Source: Octopus vulgaris
Lineage: Eukaryota
Direction of reading: 5' to 3'
NCBI GenBank assembly: GCA_951406725.2
Contig: OX597824.1
Span: 79,732,001-79,796,000, forward strand
Length of the DNA: 64,000 bases
Of this stretch, positions 43,125 to 58,538 are shown one piece after another; position 1 is the first letter of the stretch, and the number at the start of each line of letters is the position of its first letter. Both the position numbers and the translations under genes were made by a program. Under the pieces are notes generated by a model. The model had not been told where the DNA came from. It searched no databases and was given only the letters and a program-made list of their open reading frames with translations.

Positions 43125-43626
43125 AAGGGTAAACATACCGAACTACTTGGTAAAAGTATTAATTATTAATTAATTTATTTTACCCTTTATTATTAATGAA
43201 AATATTATTCACTCCCTGATAGTAAACTGCAGTTTCTGCGGGATTACTCGTAACGCACCCGGATTATTGGAGAAGAATGCGTATTCTCACTCGTCTGTAT
43301 AAATTTGGAAGTGCTGTTTTGGGAATATTAGTTATTCGATGTCGCTTGGTCGAATGCGTATTAAATTATTAGTACTTTCAAACTTATATGTGGAATACTA
43401 TACTGAAGAGGGAAATAAGTGAGTAAGTATGAGTTTTACATCTCTTTAATCCCGAAACGCATATGTAGTTAATCAAAGTCGTGTAGATTCGTTATTTTTT
43501 CTCTTTACCTACGTAAAATAAGAGTATTGCTGTCTGGGAGAGATCTTATGGTAGAGGAATAGTATTTAACAGCTACTTCTAAATTCGGTATGTAGTGAAG
43601 TAATTTGCTGAACCATAATTATAATT

Positions 43627-43630
<4 letters not shown>
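43120..43630 (+). mobile_element. Penelope-like terminal repeat with hammerhead-like motif (43397-43469) and short terminal inversion
   Basis: actata-CTGAAGA-ggga...tccc-GAAA-cgca-TA-tgtagt. Inverted aataaagggtaaa/tttaccctttatt at the 5' end. Flanked by (TA)n. Confidence 0.65.
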
Positions 43631-43671
<41 letters not shown>

Positions 43672-43679
43672 TATATATA

Positions 43680-43734
<55 letters not shown>

Positions 43735-44462
43735 AATGATGATATTATTATCAACAAATAATAATAACAATATAGGTGGCTAGTTAGCAAAAAACCAAAA
43801 GGCAAATATATAAACAAGGGTACTAGGTAGCACCAGTTTTGCTAGAAATAGGAGTCAAAATCGACTCGATCAGCCACAAGCACTGAAAGTTAACAAGCTG
43901 ACGAAAGCAAGGAAGCGAGAAAAAATAGCCAGTATACCAAGACAATCGCAAATGAGAATGCTACATATATATATATAAAAACCTGTTAGTAATAATCCAT
44001 CATAATTTCAAGTTTCATGTTCAGCTCACGTAATGCAATCGTCAGTCAACTAACCGGAATACTTCCTAAGGTCTTCGTGATATACAAATGGTTGTAATAG
44101 AATAGAATTTTCAGTGATGTAATTTGGGTAAAACATTGTTATAAGTTGTAATAGAATTCACCTATATCTCTTGGGTAGTTCAAAATATTGAAGAGAAGCA
44201 AGTTAGAAATATGTGTCTGAAGAAAGTGGAAGTTGTTAAATGGGGGAAAAAAACCTACAGTACGGAGATATGGAAAGATAAAGTTTTGCAAATATTGGAT
44301 AAAGATTAGTTAATATTAGTTATATTAAAAGCTGTATTGAATTGGGAAATGCTTATTATTGGGAAAAATTCGATGTAGAGTAAAGGTCATGATCCTTGAG
44401 AAGAGGTTGCTATGTGGAAATTAGTATGAAAAAATAAAGACTTTGAAAATATCCACGGATAT

Positions 44463-44803
44463 TCTGAGACCCCCTTCGGTCACGGTACAGACCATGGGAT
44501 TGCACTGAGAAAGTTACCCTCCCAGGCACAAGTCCGAGCAAAGTTGTTTATGGAAGATCAGCAGTCGCCAATGCATACCGGCCTCCCCTCTCCACACCAC
44601 CAGTGTTATCCAAGGGAAAGACAAAGGGGCCGATACAGCTTGGCACCTGTGACGTCGCAACTCATTTCTACAGCTGAGTGAACTGGGGCAACGTGAAATA
44701 AAGTGTCTTGCTCAAGAACACAACACGCAGCTCGGTCCGGGATTCGAGCTCACAACCTCACGATCGTAAGCTCGATGCTCTAACCACTGAGCCTTCTCAG
44801 TAT
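44463..44803 (-). mobile_element. tRNA-head SINE (C-related head, distinct body/tail), 14-bp TSD
   Basis: TSD atatccacggatat at 44449-44462 and 44804-44817. Homologous partial copy at 55485-55745. Confidence 0.88.
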
Positions 44804-44898
44804 ATATCCACGGATATATACTTACATCATATAGTATAAGTTACAAAAGTTGTGTTTTGATGTTTTATTACGAAGAGAGTTCAGATATACATACACTC

Positions 44899-44930
<32 letters not shown>

Positions 44931-45124
44931 ATGACGAGTAAAGTCTGCCAGTGGTAATACAATATAGTTTCAATTTTCATTTTCAGTTTATTTGAAGCAA
45001 TGCTCAGAGAACAAAACTCAGTTCCTAAAATATTCGTGAGGTATATTTGCCTATCATATTTTGGGCAAAAATATGTCGTAAGTAGCACAAGTTGTTATAC
45101 GTAAATATTGCTTGGAGTGATATA

Positions 45125-46160
<1,036 letters not shown>

Positions 46161-46492
46161 TATACATATGTCTTTTTATACTTTTTAGCTTTATAATTTT
46201 CTCCTCTTCATTTGAACATTTCGCAAATAAAAAAAATCAAGACAATATTAAACAAAATCTCCAGAAAATATAAAAACTGAAAATATAATAAAGGACTGGT
46301 GTGTCTTTATGATAAGAAAAGAACCCCCCAAAAAACCTCAAAAGAAAACAAACAAATAAAAAAATGGAAAGGGATGAATTACTCGTTATTACTTACTCCT
46401 TTTAAAAATCCCCGCCCGAATCCTGATTTTGGAAGAATGTCGAAGATAATTTGTGGTTATCTTTTGGAAATTACGAGATGAAATTGCTGTAC

Positions 46493-46634
46493 CTTAGCGT
46501 TTCATGATTCACAGAAACTATATATTTGACGGTGATATCTGTAGTAACTCTACAACAATGTCTGTCGGTATATACACAGCGCCGATTAGAGAGGGTGTCA
46601 GCCATATTGTTCTTTGGGGGAGACTGTCGCCACT
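46493..46634 (-). CDS. Candidate 142-nt internal exon
   Basis: Minus strand has a long polypyrimidine tract plus TAG acceptor and an AAG|GTACAG donor. One open frame: WRQSPPKNNMADTLSNRRCVYTDRHCCRVTTDITVKYIVSVNHETL. No homology recognised. Confidence 0.27.
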
Positions 46635-47953
46635 CTACAACGAAGAAAAAAAATAGAGAGTAAAATAAAATATCGGATTACAGAAAGCCTTTTCTTTTAT
46701 TATTATATATAAGTTGTAGGGAATAAAGATGTATATACCTGTATGTGTATGTGAAACTGTGACGTGTAGCTTGCTATTTTCTAAACACACATACCAATGA
46801 AAACACCCTTCCGCATTCGATGCATATTGTTATACTTGATGATAATATAATAATTTTTACGTATATTACCAAGGGCTGTGATTTGGTTATCCTCATCAGT
46901 GTCGGTGATGATATCCTTAGAGAAATACACATTAAAGATATTTTCTGCATTTTTTTAAAAAAGAAATACGAACTAATGTTGCTATTCGTAGCAAACCTAT
47001 GAGGCCGTTCAGAGTCTTTAGAATTCAATGATAATTTCGATCTTTTTCTGCTTTTTTTTTTTATCTATAGGAGGAACACAATGAGTTTTGTCTTAGAAAG
47101 AATCCATTTCTAGTTTGTTGGGGCGATGAACATGCTCGAAATAGTAGTTAAATCTCATTTAAATAAAACATACGTTACTGTATTAAAAAAAGAAAGAAGT
47201 CGGATGCATTTGATAATGTACTCTAGATAAATTGTCTGAAAACAAGGAAAAAACGAAAAACAAAAAGGATGATCATAACTGGAACGCCTTTGATCATAGA
47301 TCATAGTTCTGCTCAGTATAGATTGGTCTGGGGGCTAAAAAATAATAGCAACAGAACGGAAGTACCTCTACCACTGCGGTCGTCATTGCCGCAGCTGCCA
47401 CCACCAAAAAAGAGAAAGAGAGGAAGGGTGGATATATAGACGCAACTGTAAGTAAATACGACTGTGAGCAGAACCTATAAAAAATAGCAAAGGAAATACT
47501 GGAAAACAAAGAACATTCACTTGCACACGCAGAACAAAAGCTACGTGTGCCAAGTAATGATCCACACCACACCTAATAGTTTCTCCTTTAATATTGTGTG
47601 AAGTGAATTCCCAGTCGATAGGCTGCTGGTATATGTAGTCCTAACAGGTTAAGCGAAAATCTTCTAATTTGGATGGTCAGAGTTACCCTGTCAGCTTGGT
47701 GTAGTGGTTAGCATAGCTATACTGCTTACAGGCGACACGGCTTTCGATTGTCGTAGTAATATTCTCCTAAACATCATCATGGAGATCACCAATGATCGTC
47801 AAAGTCTCTAGATTTAGATTTTACCGTTATTATATTAAAATTCTGGTTTCAAATCTTGACACAAGACTAGCAGTTTCGAGGAAGGGGTTAAGTTGGTTAC
47901 ATCAACCCCAGTACTCAACAAGCATTCATTTTATGGTTCCTTAAAAAATAAAA

Positions 47954-48239
47954 GTGGTTAGAGCAGCGGACACGCGGTCGAGGGATCGCGGGTTCGAATC
48001 CCAGACTGGGCGATGTGTGTGTTTATGATCGAAACACCTAAGCTCCACGCGGCTTCGGCAGAAGGTAATGGCGAACTTCTGCTGATTTTTTCGCCACAAC
48101 TTTCTCTCACTCTTTCCTCCTGCATCTTGTAGCCCACCTGCGACGGACCGGCGTTCCGTCCAGGTGGGGACCTATACGCCAAGGAAACCGGGAAACTGGC
48201 CCTTATGAGCCAGGGATGGCTCGAGAAGGAACAAACAAC
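47954..48239 (+). mobile_element. SINE C variant (another tail) nested in a minus-strand SINE A (47845-48345)
   Basis: Head gtggttagagcagcggac...ggttcgaatccc. The host A sequence resumes at aataaaaggtaaagtcg; aataaaag occurs on both sides. Confidence 0.85.
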
Positions 48240-48835
48240 AATAAAAGGTAAAGTCGATCACGGCGGAATTTGAACTTAGAACGTGCAGATGCCGATTAAG
48301 CATTTTGTCTGGCGTGCTAACGATTCTGCCAGCTCTCCACCTTGCCCATGCATACAATATTAATTTCTATCAGTGGCATAAGGATACTAGTTCGAGAAAG
48401 GGGTATAGTCAATTATTTTATCAACCCTGGAAAGATTTATAAATCAGCGTTGACCTCGGCGCGTGTTTGATCTCAGAACGTAAGGGGCCGTAAATAAATA
48501 ATCGCTGGCCATTTTGCTCAACTGTCTATCTTCCAGTCCATCCACCACTCATTCCATGGTAATTAAACATATTTTTTTAATGTGGACACAGGGGCAACAG
48601 TTTTGAGGGGAGGGGAAGTCGATTACATCGACTGCAGTACTGTGACTGACAGTCATTTTATCAACGTCGAAAGGATCAGAGCCAAAGTCAACCTCGGTGG
48701 AATTTGAAATCAGAACGCAAAGAGCCGGAAGAAGCGCGATAAAGGACTCTGTCCAGTACTGTAACGATTCTACAATTTTACCAGCCAGTCGCTATCTTTG
48801 TAATTAAATATTGGTTTCAAATTTCGGCACAAAGT

Positions 48836-49095
<260 letters not shown>

Positions 49096-49544
49096 ATAAG
49101 AGTAGATCGTGTACGAGTGGGTATATATTTGTAAAAAAGAAGTTTGAAAACGCCACTATATTATACTGCGACTAAGACTGCCACAGCTGAGCTGCTGCAA
49201 CCCCAACTACCACCACGGTTACTACTACTACAACCAACAGTCACTACTGCTGCTACCATTTCAGTCGCGGGTCATTCTAACACAAGAAAGCTAAAAAAAC
49301 AACCACGTGGATCCCGTTGATACCAGCAAGAAACAATAATGAACTTCTTTACAGCACTCAACTTGAAATTTATAACTATTATACCTACTACCGACAAAAC
49401 ACCATCACATGGATTCTATTGAGACCAGTAAGAAAAAATTATGGACTTTTCTATTACACTTTACTTTTTAAAATATTTTTGATAAGGTTCGTTTTTTTCA
49501 AGAACCGAAACATGTAAAATTCATAAGAAAATATATATATGTAT

Positions 49545-49975
49545 GTGTGTGTGTCTTTATGTGTTTGTGTTTGTCCCCAACATCGCTTGACAACCGATGG
49601 TGGTGTGTTTACGTCCCCGTAACTTAGTGGTTTGGCAAAAGAGACTGATAGAATAAGTACTAGGCTTACAAAGAATAAATTCTGGGGTCGATTTGCTCGA
49701 CTAATGGCGGTGCTCCAGCATGGCCACTGTCAAATGACTGAAACAAATAAAAGAGTAAAAGAGAAAAAAAAGAGTAAATTTCGGGGGAGGAGATTAAGTC
49801 GATTACTTCGACCCCAGTGCATAACTGCTACTTATTTTATCGATATCGAAAGAATGAAAGGAAGTCGACCTCGGCAGTATTTGAACTCAGATCGTAAAGA
49901 GCCGGAAGAAATGCGGTAAAAACACTTTCTCCGGCGCTGTAGAAATTTCTACGATTCTACTAGCTCGCCGCCATC
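49545..49975. mobile_element. SINE B 3' half (+) followed by SINE A (-)
   Basis: Consensus motifs of both families are present. Confidence 0.85.
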
Positions 49976-50986
49976 TTTGTAATTAAATATTAAATAAAGA
50001 TCAATCAAGGGAACTATTGCGTTAGTGTGGCACCGCGCCGTGATAGGCTGGTTGACCAACAATTTAGAAACAGCTTGGCGACAAACCAATTAAAAACTCA
50101 GGCAGCAATGTGTTAGCATGTGATCAACGTCAAATCATTTAGATGTCTAGATAAAGATATATGGCTATATTACCGCGTACCGCAGCTTCACGATGTGTAA
50201 TTTATAATCTAAGCAAAAAGTCAATCTCTCTTCAAGCCGTACCCATGGGAGTTACTGTAGCTTGACACTATCTAATCTGGCTAATGTAATACTCGTTAAT
50301 TACACTGCAATATGGGTGTTAATGTTGTTGTTGAATGTTACTGTTTTGTTGTTGCTGGTGTTATTGTTTGTCACCGTCTGCCTTATCAATCCTTTCTGAT
50401 TACATCTATTACAAAAATGTTCCAGTATTGCCCATATACTGAATTTTTTAAAGCATGGCATGTCCAGAACTGCCTTATATAATGAGTCCTTTATCTCTTT
50501 ATTTCTAAAAAAAAAAAAAAAAAAAAAATAGACGGCAGAACGCGGTTTGAAGGGTAATTAGTTGCTAATTCTAGCTAGTCGAGTGACCACGGAATCTCCC
50601 TCACTGATCTGATATCGTTTTAAAATGGGAATAATCTACTTTCAGAAAGATTTAACTGATATTAACCGAAAGAATTTGTATGTTATTAGAAGAGATGAAA
50701 CTTCCTACCCCTCTATTTTTCTTCCTCTCCTTATATACATACACACGCGTACACACCCCCACACCCACACACCCACACACATATACTCATGATGGGAATT
50801 ATGAACAGTACGAAGACGAGGTAAAAGAAATAAATAGAGTGTATTAGGTTTACGCTTAGGGAAAATAGAAGGAAATGTCTTTTAGGTTTCGAGCGTACGC
50901 TCTTCTCCAGAAAGAATAGATGAGAAAAGAAAAGATAAAGCGAGAAAAGAACAAACCTGTCTCTATGAGACGGTCACAGCATGCTA

Positions 50987-51148
<162 letters not shown>

Positions 51149-51897
51149 TCTACTACCCATCTATCTATCTATATTTTAAATTAAATAGTATGTAGAAAAA
51201 ATCAATCTTCGACGGAAACAGATTAACGCAGACCTGATGGAAGATTTTTATGTGTGAGCACTTTCGCTTTCTTCGGCATTTCAGAGATGCAAAGGCATAC
51301 ATACATACATACATACACAACTATATATATTCTTGCATACATACATACATATATGCATATACGTTCACTCGCGCGCACACTCACACACATACATATGCAC
51401 GTATGTATATATATTCGCACACACACATACCTACTTACATACATAAATACATACAAACATAATACTTACATACATGCATAAAATGATATATACTCTGAAA
51501 AACCACTCAAGCATTAAAAAAATACAATAAACAGAGCGGATGACCAACGAATCGTAATAAAGGAAATAAAGAACGAAAAAAATAAAACGTTTTTATATAC
51601 AATTTAAGAACCAAAGCACATTCATACAAACTGATACAAAAATTATTTCGGAAGTGACGAAAACAGAGCTTGGTCAACGAACCGTGAAAATAAAACAAGC
51701 CTTTCTGTGCAATTGTCAGCATTTTGATAAACAGGATTTACACTCCGAAAACTTCCGCGAAAACAAGTAAATTTGATCAACAGAACTCTTCACATCACGG
51801 TAAACCAATCTATTACCTTTATGAAATGTTTACACTGGGGGTATTATGTCGCTGTTGACAAAGCGGAGTCTTACGGTATCTATTTATGCTGTTTATA

Positions 51898-52510
51898 AGG
51901 CAGTGAGCTGGCAGAGACGTTAGCACGCCGGGCGAAATGCTTAGTGGTATTTCGTCTGTCGCTACGCTCTGAGTTCAAATTCCGCCGAGGTCGACTTTGC
52001 CTTTCATCCTTTCGGGGTCGATTAAATAAGTACCAGTTACGCACTGGGGTCAATATAATCGACTTAATCCGTTTGTCTGTCCTTGTTTGTCCTCTCTGTG
52101 TTTAGCCCCTTGTGGGTAGTAAAGAAATAGATATTTCGTATGTCTTTACGTTCTGAGTTCAAATTCTGCCGAGGTCGACCTTGCCTTTCATCATTTCGGG
52201 GTCGATTAACTAAGTACCAGTTATGCACTGGGGTCGATATAATTGACTTAATTCGTTTGTCTGTCCTTGTTTATCCTCTCTGTGTTTAGCCCCTTGTGGC
52301 TAGTAAAGAAATAGGTATTATTTATGTTATTTAAAAGGCAGCGAACTGACAGAAACGTTAGCATGCCGGGCGAAACGCTTAGTGATATTTCGTATGTCTT
52401 TACGTTCTGAGTTCAAATTCCGCCGAGGTCGACTTTGCCTTTCAATCTTTCGGGGTCGATAAATTAAGTAGTAGTTGCAGTACTAGGGTCGATCTAATCG
52501 AGTGGCCTCT
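51898..52510 (+). mobile_element. Three tandem SINE A copies
   Basis: Units at ~51898-52129, 52130-52313 (5' truncated) and 52336-52510. Confidence 0.9.
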
Positions 52511-52622
52511 TCCACACACACATATTGAGGTATGATACATATTCTTACACCGAGCCTCTTACGCCGAACCGCTATGTTAATGGAGCATAAACAATCCGGC
52601 ACCGGTTGTCAAGCTGTAATAG

Positions 52623-52662
<40 letters not shown>

Positions 52663-52704
52663 CACACACACACACAAACACATGACAGGCCTCCATATAG
52701 TTTC

Positions 52705-53553
52705 TTATTTCTTTATTGCCCAGAAGGGACTAAACATAGAGGGGACAAACAAGGACAGAAAAACGGATTAAGTCGATTATATCGACTCCAGTGCTTAACT
52801 GGTACTTAATTTATCGACCCCGAAAAGATGAAAGGCAAAGTCGACCTCGGCGGAATTTGAACTTGAACGTAGCGGCAAACGAAATACCTATTTCTTTACT
52901 ACCCACAAGGGGCTAAACAGGGAGAGGATAAACAAGGGCAGACAAACGGATTAAGTCGATTATATCGACCTTAGTGCGTAACTGCTACTTATTTAATCGA
53001 CCTCGAAAGGATGAAAGGTAAAGTCGACCTCGGTGGAATTTGAACTCAGAACGTAACGGCAGACGAAATACCACTAAGTATTTCGACCGGCGTGCTAGCG
53101 TTTCTATTTTTTTACTACCCACAATGGGCTAAACACAGAGAGGACAAGCAAGGACAGACAAACGGATTAAGTCGATTACATCGACCCCAGTGCGTAACTG
53201 GTACTTTATTTATCGACCCCGAAAGGATGAAAGGCAAAGTCGACCTCGGCGGAATTTGAACTCAGAACGTAACGGCAGACGAAATACCGCTAAGTATTTC
53301 GACCGGCGTGCTAGCGTTTCTATTTTTTTACTACCCACAATGGGCTAAACACAGAGAGGACAAGCAAGGACAGACAAACGGATTAAGTCGATTACATCGA
53401 CCCCAGTGCGTAACTGGTACTTTATTTATCGACCCCGAAAGGATGAAAGGCAAAGTCGACCTCGGCGGAATTTGAACTCAGAACGTAACGGCAGACGAAA
53501 TACCGCTAAGTATTTCGACCGGCGTGCTAACGTTTCTGCCTGATCGCCGCCTT
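52705..53553 (-). mobile_element. Four tandem SINE A long-tail copies, the last two forming a 216-bp near-exact duplication
   Basis: tatttttttactacccacaatgggc recurs at 53105 and 53321. Another junction gaaatacc|tatttc at ~52888. Confidence 0.92.
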
Positions 53554-53894
53554 AGAAAGAGAAAAAACATTGTCTTGTGTTGTTATATAAATTCGTTCGT
53601 TTATGATTTTTTGTTTGTTCTACCTGGCATTCCTTCGTCGTAAGTCTGAAAAGATTTATTCAAATTAAAGATTTATTCAAATTAAAAAAAATAATGAACA
53701 AAAAGTGTAGAGAAGAATAGAGCTAACATTCCCAACCCTCACAAAAACCAAAACGTAAGTTAAAACACTTCGATGAATATACTTTTTGTGTTAATTCAAA
53801 TAACACCGGAAAGGAAAAGAAAGATACAGTGTATTAGGGTGTCAGATAAATTCATTCGTTTCTTTTTTCCTGTTTGGCATGCCATCGTTATATA

Positions 53895-54102
53895 CTCTTT
53901 ACTCTTTTACTTGTTTCAGTCATTTGACTGCGGCCATGCTGGAGCACCGCCTTTAGTCGAGCATATCGACCCCGGGCCTTATTCTTTGTAAGCCCAGTAC
54001 TTATTCTATCGGTCTCTTTTGCTGAACCGCTAAGTGACGGGTACGTAAACACACCAGCATCGGTTGTCAAGTAATGCTAGGGGGACAAACACAGACACAC
54101 AA

Positions 54103-54165
<63 letters not shown>

Positions 54166-54324
54166 CGACAGGCTTCTTTCAGTTTCCGTCTACCAAATCC
54201 ACTCACAAGGCATTAATCGGCCCGGGGCTATAGCAGAAGACACTTGCCCAAGATGACACGCAGTGGGACTGAACCCGGAACCATGTGGTTGGTTAGCAAG
54301 CTACTTACCACACAGCCACTCCTA
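53895..54324 (-). mobile_element. SINE B, nearly full length
   Basis: Consensus from the tail (actcttt)n to acagccactcct. Confidence 0.92.
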
Positions 54325-54661
54325 TATATGTCTTAAAAGAGGTAAAATTTATTCAAATTTCAAAAACGATAAACAAAAGCTGTAGAGGAACAATAATAGT
54401 GCAGCAAAAACTATAAAACACTGCGATAAAAATATTTCTCTTGTTAATTCAAATTACACCGGAAAGAGTTAAAGTAAATGGACCCTTCCTCAAACAACCG
54501 ACCCCCCAGCAAAAACACAACGAACGAATTTATCTGACAACCCAATAGCCTTTGAGCCGTGGCTATGCTGAGACATCACTATTGTATAAAAGAAAAAGAA
54601 TAAAAATATCCTTGTGAAGGCCTGAATGTCTTTTGGTCATACGTCAGCTTGATAAAGGCTT

Positions 54662-55043
54662 GGGAAGCACTCCGTCGGTTACGACGACGAGGGTTCCGGT
54701 TGATCCGATCAACGGAACAGTCTGCTCGTGAAATTAACGTGTAAGTGGCTGAGCACTCCACAGACACGTGTACCCTTAACGTAGTTCTCGGGGATATTCA
54801 GCGTGACACAGAGTGACAAGGCCGGCCCTTTGAAATACAGGTATAACAGAAACAGGAACTAAGAGTGAGAGAAAGTTGTGGTGAAAGAGTACAGCAGGGA
54901 TCAACACCATCCCCTGTCGGAGCCTCGTGGAGCTTTAGGTGTTTTCGCTCAATAAACACTCACAACGCCCGGTCTGGGATTCGAAACCGCGATCCTACAA
55001 CCGCGAGTCCGCTGCCCTAACCACTGGGCCATTGCGCCTCCAC
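54662..55043 (-). mobile_element. SINE C, full length, 12-bp TSD
   Basis: TSD tgataaaggctt at 54650-54661 and 55044-55055. Confidence 0.92.
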
Positions 55044-55328
55044 TGATAAAGGCTTACCTGAGGGTAAATAAACTTTAAGGATTGTAAACGGTGTATTTAG
55101 GCAACGCTTGTTTAACCACGTGTCGGTATCTCTAAACACAGCCTGGTCAAGGATTTTTGTTGAAGATTGGTTACGTGGTTAAGAAGATTGCTTTGCAATC
55201 ATGTGGTTCCAGGTTCATTTCAACTACGTGGCATTTCCAACAAGTATTTTCTGTTATAACCGCGGGCCGAGCAATACCTTCTGAGTGAATTTCATGCCAG
55301 TGGAAACTGATGGAATGGAAGCCTATGT

Positions 55329-55402
<74 letters not shown>

Positions 55403-55418
55403 CATACATACATACATA

Positions 55419-55464
<46 letters not shown>

Positions 55465-55484
55465 TATAAAATACAATAAGATAG

Positions 55485-55745
55485 TGAAGGCGCATGGCTC
55501 AGTGGTTAGTGCGACGAGGTTGTGAGCTCGAATTCCGGACCGGGCTGCGTGTTGTGTTCTTGAGCAAGACACTTTATTTCACGTTGCTCCAGTTCACTCA
55601 GCTGTAGAAATGTGTTGCGACGTCACAAGTGCCAAGCTGTATCGGTCCCTTTGCCATTCCCTTGGATAACACTGATGGTGTGGAGAGGGGAGGCTGGTAT
55701 GCATGGGTGGCTGCTGGTCTTCCATAAAACAACCTTGTCCAGACT
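55485..55745 (+). mobile_element. tRNA-head SINE, same subfamily as 44463-44803, 3' truncated
   Basis: ggcgcatggctcagtggttag...ttgagcaagacactttatttcacgttgc. Confidence 0.85.
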
Positions 55746-55774
55746 TATATATATATACATATATATATATATAT

Positions 55775-55979
55775 CAAGTTAATCCAAACAAGAAAGCACA
55801 AAAAAAAACCACAACAACGCGAGGACGTGGAACAAATATAGTATTATTGGACGCTCAGGAAAGAAGGAAAGAAGGAGGGTTTAACGTTTCGAGCGGAGCT
55901 CTTCGTCAGAAACATAGGAGAAGGAAAGATCCAGAGAAGGGAAGACAGAGGAAAAAAATCGCCAACGGTACACACGAAG

Positions 55980-55982
<3 letters not shown>
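55775..55982 (-). mobile_element. PLE-like repeat family F with hammerhead-like core (55878-55912); relatives at ~30875-31085 and ~50795-50985
   Basis: Minus strand reads CTGACGA-a-gagc-tcc-gctc-GAAA-cgt-TA. The element lies between (TA)n runs. Confidence 0.6.
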
Positions 55983-56043
<61 letters not shown>

Positions 56044-56044
56044 G

Positions 56045-56076
<32 letters not shown>

Positions 56077-56555
56077 TGTATGTGCTTGTCAACCAGCACT
56101 GCTTGACAACTGGTGTCGGTTTGTTTACGTCCTTGTAACGTAGAAGTTCGACAAAAGAGACCGATAAAATAAGTGCTAGACTTGAAAACAAGCCATGTAG
56201 TCAGTTTGTTCGAGTAAATTCTACAAAGAGGAGCCCCAGTATGCGGCAGCTCAATGACTGAGACATGTAAAAAAGAATAAATAGAAAATAAAAGATAAAG
56301 CTACCCATTCATGCAAGTTCCCCTTCTCTTTGCCAGGCCATCATGTGGACCCTACCTATACTTGGAAGATCCAGTTTTGTCTCATACTGTGTCACGCTGA
56401 TGCATCCTGGAAATGAGGTTAAGGGTGCTGCTAGTAAATTTTAAGGACTCTGTCTCCCTAAAATACAAGAAGCAATTTATATCTTTGAATTTCAAAAACT
56501 CAGGAATGTCACAGAAGAGCCATGCTGATTCCATCTGGGTATTAATTACGTTGTG

Positions 56556-56790
56556 AAGGTGCATGGCTTAGTGGTTAGAGCGTTGCATCCACGATCGCGA
56601 GATCGTGGTTTCAATTCCTGGACTGGACGATGCATTATGTTCTTGAACAAAACACTTCATCTCATGTTGCTTAGCGATCATTTCGACAACTGATGTGTTG
56701 TACACTGGGCACCTGTACAGGTAATGTCGATTTGATGGAGTGAGTGAGCTAATAATATACAGCACAAACATTTGATCACTATAAACGTCG
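56556..56790 (+). mobile_element. Diverged tRNA-head SINE (C-related head, other tail)
   Basis: ggtgcatggcttagtggttagagcg...ggtttcaattcctgg. Confidence 0.75.
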
Positions 56791-58465
56791 TTCAATAAAA
56801 AATGTAGAACTGCCTTTCTCGGATTACGAGAGACTGCTATCATTATCATTAATTACGTTAATGGCATAAGTATCTATGGAGTACTCAGCCACTATAATTT
56901 AATAAGTAGGTAGTCTCATTGATTCGATAGCTGCCATACTTATCGTTGTAACCTATGCGGATTCCATGCCTCACAAATAAAGTTGCCCGTCGTTCATATT
57001 TACACAGCTGGCTTTTAAAGTAGAATCACTGAAATGGTTTCGATTCCCAAATGAAGAAACAAATAAACAAAAAAATAAAAGGAAAGAAAAGTGACTAACT
57101 TTATCAATACACTTCCTTCTAAATGTGTGGATCATATATATTTTCGGTTTTCATTTGTTTTCAGCATATTTCATCGTTCATTCGCTTGTTTGTTCGTTCG
57201 TTCGTTCGTTCATTTCGCTTGTTTGTTTGATTATTTCCTTGAATGTTTTTCTTCTTCTTATTTCCTCTTGTTTGTCCGTCTTCTTCGTAAGCAGACGACC
57301 GTCTTCTTTGGCAGACGACAACATTAAAACAACTGATGCATGACTACTATTTCAAATGACTAACCATATTCACGACATTCAAATGATAAACTTAGACGCT
57401 TTTTAACACACATAATCTTTCTACTGTCTTTTTGACATCTTAGTCGTGTTTTTTCTTCTTTTTTCTCCCATTTTGTTTTGTCTATTTTGTTCCGTCTTTA
57501 TCTTATTTTACTTTATTATCCTTACGTTTCTACCCGGCATCACGATTTTAAAATGGTTTCCTCAAACAATTCTGGCGTTTGTTTGCTACAGCCGCTTATA
57601 TTGTCTTTTCTTGATCCATGCTGACAGTGTCAAGGGAACATTTTCATCTATCTTTCGAGTGGTTGCCTTTCGTTTCAGCGATCCAGGCGCCAGACATTTT
57701 TATTCACTCTCTCGCCACCAACTTAACCCAACTTTGTACCGCAACATCACCCAACCTTAACCCCAACCCTAACCAACCAAACAACTTTCTCTTTAACTTT
57801 TTTTCCTTTTGTTTATTTTTATATGTTCTTTATCATTGCATTTATTATTTTTTTTTCTGTTTTCCTTTCTTCTTTTCTCCTTATCGTTCTTTCTTTTGTT
57901 TTCCATTTCTTTCCTGCCGTTTTCACTTCTTTCTTGCTTTACTTCCGTCTATCTGTCTGTCTGTGTGTCTTTCAGTCTTTCTCAACTACCCCCCCCCCAC
58001 CTCCAACTCTCGTCCGCCCGCTCTTTATTTTATCACGTGTTTGTGACCTGGACATGCGCAAACCGTTAATCTTCATCATTTCCTTGACAACTTCCAGCCC
58101 ATATAATCAATTTTTATTTAATTTTTTTCTCTTCTTCTTCTCAGCTCTTTCCATACTCTCTCTCTCTCTCTCTCCACTTCTCTCCCCATTTCTCTCTCCC
58201 CTCTCCACCCTTCTCTTCATACTGTCTTTACTCTCCCCTCTATCCCACCCCTTCCCAGACCCACTTCTTAACTTATTTCACTTCGCCATTCCACAATGAA
58301 GAGAACTGTAATTTGCTCCCCTGGGGCGGCTTTCTATTTCTCATCTCATCTCATCTCATCCAACCTCTTTCTTCCCTTCTTTCACTTCTTTCTTTCCTTT
58401 CTTTTTCCTTCTGTCAATGTATCCATCTGTCTCTTGCCAGTCTCGTGATGCCATCACGCTCTTGT

Positions 58466-58538
<73 letters not shown>

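Noticed and set aside
47355-47453. Plus-strand exon ending ACT|GTAAGT
   Set aside because: Good donor and open frame, but the acceptor lacks a polypyrimidine tract.
47692-47755. tRNA gene (tggtgtagtggttagcat...ttcgatt)
   Set aside because: No complete cloverleaf; most likely a decayed SINE head. The same applies to all SINE heads in this window.
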